From: a virus
Lineage: Duplodnaviria; Heunggongvirae; Uroviricota; Caudoviricetes
Virus record (IMG/VR): IMGVR_UViG_3300014205_000001
Location: 64,001-128,000 of that record
DNA length: 64,000 nucleotides
Strand: one strand, 5' to 3'
The stretch's first letter is position 1; each line of letters begins with the position of its first letter. The position numbers were made by a program, and so were the translations under genes. Below are positions 19,133-29,766 of this stretch, piece after piece. Under the pieces are notes generated by a model. That model saw only the letters and a program-made list of their open reading frames with translations. It had not been told where the DNA came from and searched no databases.

Positions 19133-19726
19133 ATGACGAATAAAAAATTCAATAACAAACCTAACAAAATCTATAAAACTGACAACGGTCATTTATGGCA
19201 TTCACGTTCAAATGTTGTTGTAGGTCATGTTCATGCATTAGTTAACGATGGGTCTTCAAAAGAATATTTAACAGAAGATGATTTTTATGTGTTGGTGGGA
19301 ACTCGTGGTACAGGGAAACATAAAGGATTTTATAATGTACCTTGTGGTTATTTAGATTGGAGTGAAACAATCGAAAATGCAGTTTATCGGGAAGTATTTG
19401 AAGAAGCCGGAATGTATTTACCTGACTGGGAACATAAGTTCTTATACAGTTCGAAAAACATGCCTTGGTTTGTTAATAGTGAACCTTCAGTTACATTACA
19501 AAATGTTTTATTTCATTGTGGTATCTTATTAGATATTAATTCAGTTGAAGAATTACCTAATGTACATTTAGAAAATATGGAACCTGATGAATGTGAGAAC
19601 ATTCAATGGATAAAATTAAGTGAAGTGAGAACCATTGCTGATAAGTTCTGTTTTAATCATCATGAAAGAATTTTACAATTCCATAATCATTACACACCTT
19701 TACTACAAAGTAAAGGACTTTTTTAA
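19133..19726 (+). CDS. Nudix hydrolase
   Basis: Nudix box GYLDWSETIENAVYREVFEEAG. Confidence 0.9.
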   Translation: MTNKKFNNKPNKIYKTDNGHLWHSRSNVVVGHVHALVNDGSSKEYLTEDDFYVLVGTRGTGKHKGFYNVPCGYLDWSETIENAVYREVFEEAGMYLPDWEHKFLYSSKNMPWFVNSEPSVTLQNVLFHCGILLDINSVEELPNVHLENMEPDECENIQWIKLSEVRTIADKFCFNHHERILQFHNHYTPLLQSKGLF

Positions 19727-19877
19727 AGAAACGGATGTCAATTTAATTTTGACTATGGAGATGACAGGTGATACCTAGCCTTATGTCTTGTTTAAATACA
19801 CAGTAGATAAGAAATTGAAAATCCGGTGAATGCTCCACTATTCCGGGAACCCTTAGTCGCACTGACATAACACGAGC

Positions 19878-20660
19878 TTAATCCGTTTTCTTTTTTAAAG
19901 CAGATTCATCATCTGCTTTTTCTTTGTCTTTCTTTTTCTTTTCGCGGACTTTATCCTCAGCGATATTCTTTTCTTGATTAACTCCACGGATACGTTCGAT
20001 AATATCTGTAGCATTCATAATCATACGATTCTTTTCGTCTGTCTTGACTTCAGTTTCTTGTACAATTTTTGTTTCTTCGTTTTCCATTCCGTACTGTTCC
20101 GCGTATGCTGTCCAATACTTTTCACAGGCATCGAGATGCTTATCACAACTTGTTTCATGATTGACTAATGTTTGCTGTGCGCGCATGTTGGTATCAAATA
20201 CTTCTGTTGACATATCTCCACTATCAATAGCTTCTTGTAAAGTAATAAAATTACGTTCCGAAGTTTCAATCAATAACAATAATCGTGCATATTTATCAAT
20301 TTGTTTATCGACTAAATCTAATAGACGTGGACTCTGTAAAAGTTTTGGACTTTTAATATAAGTCTTAACAATGTTTGTAATTACTCGTTGTGCGTAAACT
20401 AAATGTTTAGGTTTTTCATCGTTATAATAATCAACTGATTTAATGTTTTGACTTGCAGGCATGATGCTGGGGTCTAATAACATATTATCAGTATTCAATT
20501 GCACTGGGTCAGAATCCAACATTTCTTTTAATGATTGTAATCGTTGTTTTGTAGGATTTTTAGGTTTTTCAACTTGACCTGCAAAATAAACAGTATTCTC
20601 ATCTTTAGGAGTTTTAGGTGTTTCGTCTTCAGGTCCTAATATTTCGTCGATACTTGGCAT
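19878..20660 (-). CDS. Hypothetical coiled-coil protein
   Basis: 260-aa ORF translationally coupled to the upstream gene. Confidence 0.6.
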   Translation of the reverse strand: MPSIDEILGPEDETPKTPKDENTVYFAGQVEKPKNPTKQRLQSLKEMLDSDPVQLNTDNMLLDPSIMPASQNIKSVDYYNDEKPKHLVYAQRVITNIVKTYIKSPKLLQSPRLLDLVDKQIDKYARLLLLIETSERNFITLQEAIDSGDMSTEVFDTNMRAQQTLVNHETSCDKHLDACEKYWTAYAEQYGMENEETKIVQETEVKTDEKNRMIMNATDIIERIRGVNQEKNIAEDKVREKKKKDKEKADDESALKKKTD

Positions 20661-21949
20661 TATTTTTTCTTTTTTAATTTTTTCTTATCATCACCATTAT
20701 TATCTGGGAACAACGAACCCATATCTGTCATTACATGTCCTCGATGATCTTCTTCCCATTTGATGTTAGGATATTTGGCTAAATCTTGAAACTTAAAGCT
20801 ATAACGATCAATGTTAGTATTGTAATTTAATTGTTCTTCAATTTTAATTTGTATCTTACGAATTAAATTATTTAAATGTTCTAATGCTACTTCATTAATA
20901 ATTCCAATTTCTTTCTTTTGTTCATGTTGAAAGTTACTTAATAATATCTTAAACAGATATTCTAATTTAGAATGTTTGTTCAATAATTCTAAAGTTGTTT
21001 GATTTTTAATGAGTGCTTGATTTACACGGAACTTATCTGTATTAAAAAATTCAGGGACAGTAAAGATAAAATTTATAATATTATCTTCATTCTTTGCACA
21101 ATATATATTAAACAATTTTGAAATCAAATTGATATAAATTATATCACGACTTGTACCTGAAGATTCGACAGTAGATAAATCAATTGTCAGTAACCATTGC
21201 ATGAAATTGAATAGTAGTAAAGAATATACATCACTAAATTCAGAGTCAGTCTTAAGCTGCATTTTCTGATAAATAGGATTTAATATTTCTAAAGTTGATT
21301 CTTGGTCTTTACCGTATCGCATGATAATTTTTTGTAGATTATCATTAAAGGTATTATTTTTAAGAAATGACGACGATGTTGCTGGGTTTAAGAGTTTATA
21401 AAAAAACTCAGTAAAAGTAATATTCTTAAAGAACAATTGTATATCTTTTTCAGTTGTATGTAAGAAGTAATTGATTGCATCTAATTGTTTTTCCATTAAT
21501 TTACCACGATAAATGATAGGTAAGGTATCGACATCAAATAAATCTGCCCAAGTTTTAATTTCATCGACATTATACACGTATTGTTTTGCATATTTACATA
21601 CACATGTAAGTATTAAATGATTTTTAGGGATACGATCATACTTAATATTTGCAGGTTGTTCGTCTGGAAAATATTCGAATCCAAAATAGTAATTAGGGCG
21701 TAATAAATTTGTAACTTCGTCAGGTAGAGTTAATAGGTATTGATAGGCATATTTGTAATATTTTTGCATTGCCATATCAATCATGTTGATCGGATTTTGA
21801 GTTACACCTTTGGGACGTACTATCCAGTTGCCATTGACATAATTGACCCAGATTTTGCTGCCTTGAACTTCTTCATATACGATCAGTTCGTTGTTAGTGA
21901 TGAGATTTAAGAACTTTTCGGGTTCTAATTCGGTATTTCTTTGTAACAT
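20660..21949 (-). CDS. RNA-ligase-fold protein lacking the adenylated lysine
   Basis: LIVYEEVQGSKIWV aligns with ligase motif I (EKxDGS) with Lys replaced by Glu; FGFEY (motif III-like); PIIYRG. Confidence 0.5.
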   Translation of the reverse strand: MLQRNTELEPEKFLNLITNNELIVYEEVQGSKIWVNYVNGNWIVRPKGVTQNPINMIDMAMQKYYKYAYQYLLTLPDEVTNLLRPNYYFGFEYFPDEQPANIKYDRIPKNHLILTCVCKYAKQYVYNVDEIKTWADLFDVDTLPIIYRGKLMEKQLDAINYFLHTTEKDIQLFFKNITFTEFFYKLLNPATSSSFLKNNTFNDNLQKIIMRYGKDQESTLEILNPIYQKMQLKTDSEFSDVYSLLLFNFMQWLLTIDLSTVESSGTSRDIIYINLISKLFNIYCAKNEDNIINFIFTVPEFFNTDKFRVNQALIKNQTTLELLNKHSKLEYLFKILLSNFQHEQKKEIGIINEVALEHLNNLIRKIQIKIEEQLNYNTNIDRYSFKFQDLAKYPNIKWEEDHRGHVMTDMGSLFPDNNGDDKKKLKKKK

Positions 21950-21988
21950 CTTTTGTTTTTAATGTTTATTAATAATATATATCTTAAC

Positions 21989-22234
21989 ATGAGTGTCACA
22001 TTCCCTGAAAATTTTTGTATAGATGCATGGCATCGTGGTGAACGAAAGATTAAAGTTGATCAATGTCACCAAGACTATACGTTAATGACGAATAAAGATA
22101 AGTTCACTAAACAAGGAAACGAAATTTATTTGAATGGAAATTTGTTGACAAACATGCCCAATATTAATCCTGAAGACTTAGCACGTATTTATAAGTACTA
22201 TTTGAAGAAAAAAGGATATAAAATTTACGAATAA
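21989..22234 (+). CDS. Hypothetical late protein
   Basis: ATG 21989 directly after TAATATATA. Confidence 0.5.
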   Translation: MSVTFPENFCIDAWHRGERKIKVDQCHQDYTLMTNKDKFTKQGNEIYLNGNLLTNMPNINPEDLARIYKYYLKKKGYKIYE

Positions 22235-22244
22235 TATATAAATC

Positions 22245-23411
22245 ATGATAACTAATTTAAACCAATTTAAACAACAATTAGAAGGCAAAAAGGAAACTGA
22301 TGCGCAATTGGCTAATGATATAGTTATGGTGAAGAAAGATACTTTAGAACCTTTAAATCCTGAAGAATGGGAAATCGCTCAAATCATTGATGTGATGACT
22401 GATTTAAAAACAATCAAGAAAATTGAAGAAAACAGTGGTAATAACGTCAGTATGGATTTAACAGTGAAGGAAGTTAAAATTGGTCAAAAAATATATTTAA
22501 CAGCATTACTGAAACCTAAAAATAAATCAACAGCGTATTCAATTGGAGAGATGGGAGTTATTGCAGCACGAATAACAGATATTTTTTACGGTTTAAATAA
22601 ATTAAATCAATTACAAAAATCAGGCAAATTAATTAAATAACATGATAATTAGAACACTTAAATATTTTAGAATCATTAACGAATCAATATCATTGGTACC
22701 TTTTAGTACGAATTTATTTTTGTATTCTAAAAAGACTCAAACTTTTTCTGCTGAAATAGCTGAACTTCATAGTGCTAATGTAAATTACATGGCAGGACAA
22801 AAACAGATCATTTTAAAAAATCCGAAAACAGGAATTGAAATGACATTTGATTGGTATAAAACTGACAAAGATGGCAGCAACGAAGATACATACGGATGGA
22901 GATATAAAAACAAAGAAGGTAATATTTCTGTACTTATCATTAACGACTAATGATTACTTCTATTAATGAATATCGTTTGATTTTAGAAATTGGTGAAGCA
23001 ACTATTTCAGGGTACGAATATACAATATCACCTTCTGTTTATCCAAATACTTTAGAAGCAAAATTTGATGCAGATGGTATACTTTATACAGTGATCGGCT
23101 GGATTAAAGAAGATGGTAATGTAAATCAATTATCAATTCATTTTTATACAGATCAAAAAGATTCTGAAGGTGAAACTAATCAGCACAATCAATATAAAGT
23201 AATGACAACAGTGATTACAATCTTAAAAGAATTTTTAATTTTACGTTCAGACATTAATCAAATTAGTGTAGTTTCAAAAGATAAAGAAAACGCCAGAAAT
23301 CCAAATCAACGTTTAAGTTTATATTTAGCTTATGTGCAAAAACAATTACCAAATTGGTCTATCAAAAAATTAGATGATAGTCACGCAATTCTGACAAAAA
23401 TACCTGAATAA
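22245..23411 (+). CDS. Three leader-bearing late proteins (22245-22640, 22642-22950, 22950-23411)
   Basis: N-termini MITNLNQFKQQLE, MIIRTLKYFRIINES and MITSINEYRLILE; late motif at 22232. Confidence 0.6.
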
Positions 23412-23442
23412 GTAGTTACTTTCACCCAATATATAACTTTAC

Positions 23443-24114
23443 ATGAATTATATTGGAATCGACACATCACTTACATCCACAGGGATGTACATAAAAACTC
23501 CTGAAGGAGAATATTATTTTAATTATAGAAACTCTTCTAAAGACTCTAAATGGCATAAAACATTGTCATACGTAAGATATTATGACTATATCTTGCCTGA
23601 AACTACAGAATTTAGTGATGAACAAATTGTAAAATTAAAAGCTTACGATGAAGTAACTGATGCAATTATTGATGACATGCTATCAATCTGTGACCCAAAA
23701 CAGACAGTTGTTATGACAGAATCTTATTCTTATGCGTCAACTGCTGGACCTTTAATCGATTTAGTAACTTACGCAACATTATTACGGAGTAAAATTATTC
23801 GTAAAGGATTTTTAGAACTTATTGTAATACCACCCACATCTTTAAAATCACGTACAGCACTGAAAGTATACGGTCCTGGACCTTTAGTTGGTAAAAAAGT
23901 AAAGAAACCTACACCATCCCGAAATCATTTAGGAATCCCAGGGGGTAAATTTCAAAAACAAGATATGTTATTAGCGTTATTTGAATCAGAAATTGATATT
24001 CGTTTCAAACGTTCCTTAGAATTACATGCAGCAGAATTAGTTAAAATGAAAGGTATACCTAGTCCTATTGGAGATATTGTTGACGCCATCTGGCTAGTTG
24101 AAGCCAATCTTTAA
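23443..24114 (+). CDS. RuvC-like Holliday junction resolvase
   Basis: YIGIDTSLTSTG, ESYSY, PPTSLK, DIVDAIWL (RNase H-fold acidic residues). Confidence 0.8.
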   Translation: MNYIGIDTSLTSTGMYIKTPEGEYYFNYRNSSKDSKWHKTLSYVRYYDYILPETTEFSDEQIVKLKAYDEVTDAIIDDMLSICDPKQTVVMTESYSYASTAGPLIDLVTYATLLRSKIIRKGFLELIVIPPTSLKSRTALKVYGPGPLVGKKVKKPTPSRNHLGIPGGKFQKQDMLLALFESEIDIRFKRSLELHAAELVKMKGIPSPIGDIVDAIWLVEANL

Positions 24115-24125
24115 TATATAAATTC

Positions 24126-24908
24126 ATGATCACTTCGATTAATGAATATCGACAAATTTTAGAATCAATCAATGATGACTTAATGAAATTAGCACAGCAA
24201 TTTCAAAAAGATCATCCGTTGCCTGCTGACTGGGAAGGACCTGGTGATTGTATTGAAGAAACTGCAGCATTTATTATGTGGGCAGAAACAAAAGGAATGT
24301 CAGGTAGATTTGTAAAATTGTGGGGAGCACCTTTGCAAGCCAAATTTGGTGCAGCATGGATGCATAGTGTAGTATTAGACACAACTTCAAATATGGTGAT
24401 TGATTTAACTCATGATCAATTTGACAAAAAAATTCCCATCAGAATTTATTCAGCAGAAGAATTTAAAGAAAAATGGCCGGTAGGCATTGATGAAGAAGGT
24501 AATTATATAAATGAATCACATGAAAAATTAATGACGACTGTTGTTAACAATGGTTATTCATATAGTATTTATAATTCTGAGGCTGTTGATTTTACTGATC
24601 GTTATATTTTAATTAAAATATTAACTGCTACAAAAGAAGAAATAGGTTATTTAAAATTATTAGTTTTTACACAAAAACATAATGCAAAAATACAAAACGT
24701 TTCAGTTAAATCAGAATATCGAAAAAAGGGTATTTATACTGATTTATTACTTTATATAGCTACATATTTAATAGAACATAATATTGCATCAGGTATTATT
24801 TCTTATGGTTCAGAAAGAAATTCAAATTCAGATTTATTTTGGGAATCTTTATTTAAAAAATATCCTAATCGAATAACAAAAAAGTATGCTGATTATATTA
24901 TAAAATAA
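24126..24908 (+). CDS. Leader-bearing protein with a papain/transglutaminase-like domain and a GNAT domain
   Basis: GDC...H(SVV)...VIDLT.DQF Cys-His-Asp pattern; C-terminal VSVKSEYRKKGIYT acetyl-CoA motif A. Confidence 0.65.
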   Translation: MITSINEYRQILESINDDLMKLAQQFQKDHPLPADWEGPGDCIEETAAFIMWAETKGMSGRFVKLWGAPLQAKFGAAWMHSVVLDTTSNMVIDLTHDQFDKKIPIRIYSAEEFKEKWPVGIDEEGNYINESHEKLMTTVVNNGYSYSIYNSEAVDFTDRYILIKILTATKEEIGYLKLLVFTQKHNAKIQNVSVKSEYRKKGIYTDLLLYIATYLIEHNIASGIISYGSERNSNSDLFWESLFKKYPNRITKKYADYIIK

Positions 24909-25585
24909 TGATAACAACAATTAACGAATTTCGTAAAATATTAGAGAAAACAAAAAAGAACGACGGTGTCGATCTGGTAATTGTGGATGTTCAAGAACAA
25001 TACAAAGAATATTTTACTGAACGTTATTTAGTAGAATTAAAAGAATATTGTAAAGACTATACTCGCGTCTTTCAATTATGGGATAACAACAAAGCACAAA
25101 AACCTGATTACACATTTCCCAATCAAGTAGGAACATACGAAAAAACTTATGGTTTACAATTAGATGTTAATACAGGAGAACAATTCTTTACTCCTGAAAC
25201 CTGGCCCGCAATCAAAGCAAAGATCGAAGCAGTACCTAATGAAGGTGATATGTTTGAAACGATTAACAATGAAGCTTGGGTGTGGATAGATAATAAGCAT
25301 CATTGGTTTTTATGTACAAAAGAATTATGTAAATTATTTAAAGATTTTGTACGTCAAGAACGTAAAATCGTGCTGATTGGTGGCGCTGCAAACGAATGTT
25401 TGCAAGATATTATGGTTACAATGAAAGCCTTTGGAGTCTCAGTATCTTATGACTTACAATTTGTCTATTCCAAAGATGGTAGTAAATTTACTAATATGTA
25501 TCAACCTACTGAAGAAGATTTACAGGCTATTAAAGATAAGGAAGACAAACACCTTAAAAAGAAAGAAACTAAATCTACAATTTAA
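24908..25585 (+). CDS. Leader-bearing isochorismatase/nicotinamidase-fold cysteine hydrolase
   Basis: LVIVDVQ, EK.YG, VLIGGAANECL (Asp-Lys-Cys triad pattern). Confidence 0.7.
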   Translation: MITTINEFRKILEKTKKNDGVDLVIVDVQEQYKEYFTERYLVELKEYCKDYTRVFQLWDNNKAQKPDYTFPNQVGTYEKTYGLQLDVNTGEQFFTPETWPAIKAKIEAVPNEGDMFETINNEAWVWIDNKHHWFLCTKELCKLFKDFVRQERKIVLIGGAANECLQDIMVTMKAFGVSVSYDLQFVYSKDGSKFTNMYQPTEEDLQAIKDKEDKHLKKKETKSTI

Positions 25586-25617
25586 TTGATTTTTCAATGT
25601 TATTTAATATATAATTT

Positions 25618-27975
25618 ATGACAACTAAACTTAAATATCTTAAGCAATTTTTTGATTCTTTATGGGATGGTGATTATATAGAATTTTTTAAAAAGCCAAT
25701 AGCTACTGATATTAGTCATAAATCGTTGCGTTATAGAATTTCTACAGATACAGAATATAATAATGGTAGTGAAATAATCTTAAAAGATAATATACGTATC
25801 ATAAATGGTGTAACAATTGTTGTAGATAATTTATACAGTAATGGTTTTGCACCCATAAAATCAATACCATATTTAAAACAAATATCAAATTCTTATGATA
25901 GTGATTCATTAAGTTATTTTAATGAATTACCAATACAACCAACATCTGAGTATAAAAATGTTATAAATAGTACAATTATTTCTCTTAAACAATCTGCCAA
26001 TTTTTCCAAAATTGATCGTTTAACATTATATTGTTCTGAACAAAGAGAAAATGCAGTTATATCATTAGTCAATCCAACATCTACTCCGAGCGAAGAAGTG
26101 GGAGGTGTTTCGTGGGTAGCCTTTAATGGCTATAAAGGAGGTGACAATACAAAACATATAGATTCTCATTATAATCCAGTAAGTGATGGTGTAAATTATA
26201 CACAAAATTCTTCTTGTTTTTTTATATGGTCAAAGGAAAATGTTTCTGATACTGGTGTAGATGGAGGTATTCAAATAGGTGAAACAGGTTCGGGAGCTTT
26301 TGTGTTTTCAAACATAAGCGGCACATTATATGCATCTATGAATGATAACGTGGCTGGCGGTATCACTATCCCAATATCAGGTGCAGGTCTTACCACTATT
26401 GTAAGAACAACAAGTACAATAGTACAAGTTTGGCATAATGGTGTAAAACTTATTGAAACAACTGTCGCTTCTACAGCATTACAAAATTTCAATTTTTGGT
26501 GGTTAGCTTTAAATCGTGAAAACGTATCTGCTTTTCCTAGTGCTCGTGAATTAGCTTTTACAGGTAATGCATCAGGAGATTTAGATCAAGTATCTTTTTA
26601 TAATACAATGCAAGAACACATGACAGCTATTGATTTATTACCAATACCTCCAGCACCTCCTGATCCCGGTATTAGTGATGTAGTTGCTAAAATTCATTTT
26701 CCTTCTTTACTTGATGTTTCTGGAAATGATTATCATAGTATTTTAGGAGATTCTTTACCCGGTGGAATAACTGCTCCCTTACAATCAGGTGGCAAAACTA
26801 TTTTTAATGGATTACAATCTATAAAATTAAATGATAATTTGCCAATAACTGTATTAAAAAATCACACACAATTTTTTAATATTTATTGCGAATCACCTGA
26901 AGAAACGCAAAATTTTCTTAATTTAGGAACTATATATCGTATGGGTAGTTGTGTATTTGTAGAAACTATAGCTGGACCTCTAAAAAGAAGTATGGTTGGT
27001 GGTGTATACTTAGATGAAAATGCTACAACAGAACCAGTTTATGGTAAATCTCTCCCTAAATTACAATTAGGTAATAACACTATTGGTATATCTTTTAGTG
27101 GAACAGATGTCATAATATTTATTAATGGTATTATTAGTAAAATAACATCGAATAATGCTTATCCTGCAACTGGTTTAAGTGGTTGGTTTGGTGCTTGGGT
27201 TGGTTCTGCTGCTAATAATTTTACTCTCCCAGCTTATTATAGTATAAATGATAATGAACATTTATGGATTTATGATTATTCTGCAACAGCTGTTGAAATG
27301 CAAGTAAAAGGTAATGCAATGATGCGTGAAGCTGGAGTTTCATTAGTAGTATTTGAAGGTGATAGTATTACATTAGGCTATGGTGTAACTACTAATGCAA
27401 ATAATTGGCCGTCTGTTGTTACTCAATATCTAATAGATAACACTGACAAAAAATGGGCTTCGCTAAATATTGGCGTGGGTGGAAGAACACTAGCCGCTGC
27501 TGCTGCTGCTTGCGATCAAAACAATTACTCAATTTCAGGAAACGGTATTTCACCTTGTGTTATTAATGTTATTGCTCCTGCTCAAGGTGAAGGGGTTTTG
27601 AATGTATATAATGTAATGATGGGGATAAATGAAATAGCTAATGGAGCAACATTAGGTGCATTACAAACATCATTAACAACTCTTATAACATTTAGAAATA
27701 ATCAAGGATTCGATTGTTATGTATATAGTATAACACCTGCTGCTGAATTAGATGGTTCTGAAGAATCTGTAAGATTAGCATTTAACGCTTGGTTACCGAC
27801 AGTTGCAAACACTTTAGGATTTACATTTGTAAATGTGTGTGCAAATACAAATTTAAACAGTCAAGCTTCTAGTGCTAATACAACATATTTTACTGATGGT
27901 ATACACTTAACGGATTTAACATGTACAAGTATAATTGGTCCGATGGGCGGAGCAGCAATAGTTGCAGATATTTAA
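25618..27975 (+). CDS. Putative tail spike/fibre with LamG-like domains and a C-terminal SGNH/GDSL esterase
   Basis: FEGDSIT, G.GG, MGINE and DGIH SGNH blocks; beta-rich middle; N-terminus shared with 1..1223. Confidence 0.75.
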   Translation: MTTKLKYLKQFFDSLWDGDYIEFFKKPIATDISHKSLRYRISTDTEYNNGSEIILKDNIRIINGVTIVVDNLYSNGFAPIKSIPYLKQISNSYDSDSLSYFNELPIQPTSEYKNVINSTIISLKQSANFSKIDRLTLYCSEQRENAVISLVNPTSTPSEEVGGVSWVAFNGYKGGDNTKHIDSHYNPVSDGVNYTQNSSCFFIWSKENVSDTGVDGGIQIGETGSGAFVFSNISGTLYASMNDNVAGGITIPISGAGLTTIVRTTSTIVQVWHNGVKLIETTVASTALQNFNFWWLALNRENVSAFPSARELAFTGNASGDLDQVSFYNTMQEHMTAIDLLPIPPAPPDPGISDVVAKIHFPSLLDVSGNDYHSILGDSLPGGITAPLQSGGKTIFNGLQSIKLNDNLPITVLKNHTQFFNIYCESPEETQNFLNLGTIYRMGSCVFVETIAGPLKRSMVGGVYLDENATTEPVYGKSLPKLQLGNNTIGISFSGTDVIIFINGIISKITSNNAYPATGLSGWFGAWVGSAANNFTLPAYYSINDNEHLWIYDYSATAVEMQVKGNAMMREAGVSLVVFEGDSITLGYGVTTNANNWPSVVTQYLIDNTDKKWASLNIGVGGRTLAAAAAACDQNNYSISGNGISPCVINVIAPAQGEGVLNVYNVMMGINEIANGATLGALQTSLTTLITFRNNQGFDCYVYSITPAAELDGSEESVRLAFNAWLPTVANTLGFTFVNVCANTNLNSQASSANTTYFTDGIHLTDLTCTSIIGPMGGAAIVADI

Positions 27976-28180
27976 TAAATTTTTCAAAGTTTATACATTA
28001 AACATTTCTATCACTTTCTTCATATAACAAGCATGAAGAAAACATTACTCTTTCAACTAGCAGGTTCTTTAATCATGTTATCGTTTACATTAGTATTTCC
28101 TACGTATGCTATACAAATAGCACTCGCTACTATTATGGGATATTTATTAGAAATTATTTGGAATCAAGACCATAAATAAT

Positions 28181-28486
28181 ATGATAAATAAAGTAACATT
28201 CGTCTTAGATCGACCATTAATTTTATATTCTCCACCTACACCAGATTTAAATGTTGTAGACATATATGGTTTTAAATTTATTGAAGGGCACATACCTGCA
28301 AAAGTATTAGTATTACAAGATTTCGATGAACCTTTATTTACTTTAGGTCACTGTTTACATATAAATTTACAAAACAAATCTTTTGATTTCGATAATTGTC
28401 TATTTATTCAAAAATTTGACAATAAAACTATTATGCAATTTGAAAATTATTCAGATTCTTATGTAAATAATTTTCAAAATGATTAA
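28181..28486 (+). CDS. Hypothetical protein
   Basis: ORF only. Confidence 0.4.
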   Translation: MINKVTFVLDRPLILYSPPTPDLNVVDIYGFKFIEGHIPAKVLVLQDFDEPLFTLGHCLHINLQNKSFDFDNCLFIQKFDNKTIMQFENYSDSYVNNFQND

Positions 28487-28559
28487 ACTTTTTTATAAGA
28501 ACGCAATATAATAAGTAACACAAAACAAACAGCAATAAAAAGAATAAACAGCAAAACAA

Positions 28560-29564
28560 ATGGCAACAAAACAAACAGAACAAAACGATGAATTATTCGG
28601 TGGCGGTAGTCAGGAACAATCATCTTGGTTAGACAAAAAACCAAAAAACGACGACGGACTTTTACGTCCAAAGTTAGAACAAGGTGAAAATGGAGTACGT
28701 GAATTAACAGTACGTATCTTACCAAATTTACAACGTAATGGCAAAGTAGGGCCAACAGCGATTGAAAAATCGATCATCTACGCAAAATTCCCAAACAATC
28801 CTGACCTTCAAGGTTATTTCGATTCTTTAAAAGGAGTTGGAAAAGAATGTCCTTTAACTAAGACATATTGGTTGTTGAAAAATTCAAAAAATCCAGCAGA
28901 CAACGACAAAGCTGCATTAATTAACTCAAGCAAAAAATATTACGCTTATGTGTTAGTTACTGAAGATTCTCAGGTGCCTGACAATGAAGGTAAAATCTTT
29001 ATCTTTCCTTTTGGATTCAAGATTTTTGAAAAAATCAAAGCGCAAGCAGAGAAAAAGAAAAATCCTTGCAAAGTAGAAGATTTAACTACAGGTAAAGATT
29101 TAACTCTTCGTATTAAAGAAGTTGGTGGTTTTTATAACTATGATACTTCGGAATTTGAAGAATCAGCACCTATTACGTTTGGTGGTAAACAATTGGAAGT
29201 TTCCAGCAATGGTAAAATTTCTACAGAAGAACGTAATCGCGTTACTGAATTTCTTTTCAGCCGTACTCACGAATTGGAAGAATTTGCAGCAAAAGATTGG
29301 ACTCCTGAACAATACGACAAAGCAAACAAAATCATTGCTCTGTTAACAGGTACAGGTTACGATGCAACATCTAACATCGCTGATTCAAAACCAGCAGCTA
29401 AACCTTTAACATCTTCAAATGTTTTCGGTGATAACGACGATGACGATGAAGACGAAAAACCAGCAGCTAAAATGAAAGCAGCTACAAAATCTGAACCAGA
29501 TGCTTCAACAGCAAAGAAAAAAGCGAAAGCTTTCTTCAATGACGAAGAAGAAGAAGGAGCATAA
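28560..29564 (+). CDS. Single-stranded DNA-binding protein, T4 gp32-like
   Basis: VRILP, ECPL, YYAYVLV..D..PDNEGKIFIF.FGFKIFEKI, GKDLTL, NYDTSEF and an acidic tail. Confidence 0.9.
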   Translation: MATKQTEQNDELFGGGSQEQSSWLDKKPKNDDGLLRPKLEQGENGVRELTVRILPNLQRNGKVGPTAIEKSIIYAKFPNNPDLQGYFDSLKGVGKECPLTKTYWLLKNSKNPADNDKAALINSSKKYYAYVLVTEDSQVPDNEGKIFIFPFGFKIFEKIKAQAEKKKNPCKVEDLTTGKDLTLRIKEVGGFYNYDTSEFEESAPITFGGKQLEVSSNGKISTEERNRVTEFLFSRTHELEEFAAKDWTPEQYDKANKIIALLTGTGYDATSNIADSKPAAKPLTSSNVFGDNDDDDEDEKPAAKMKAATKSEPDASTAKKKAKAFFNDEEEEGA

Positions 29565-29766
29565 CTCACTCACTAATACGATTTTTAAAGGTGGCAACGT
29601 AATGAAAATTATGTCAAACGATAAAACTAATAATTTTATCGCGGATCACTACTCGGTACAGTTATAATAGTCCTAAAGTATTAGTACGTAATAAAAACCA
29701 TTCTACTCAAATTAGAATGGTTTTTTGTTTTAAACAAACCCAATTTATAGCCATATATATTTTAAC

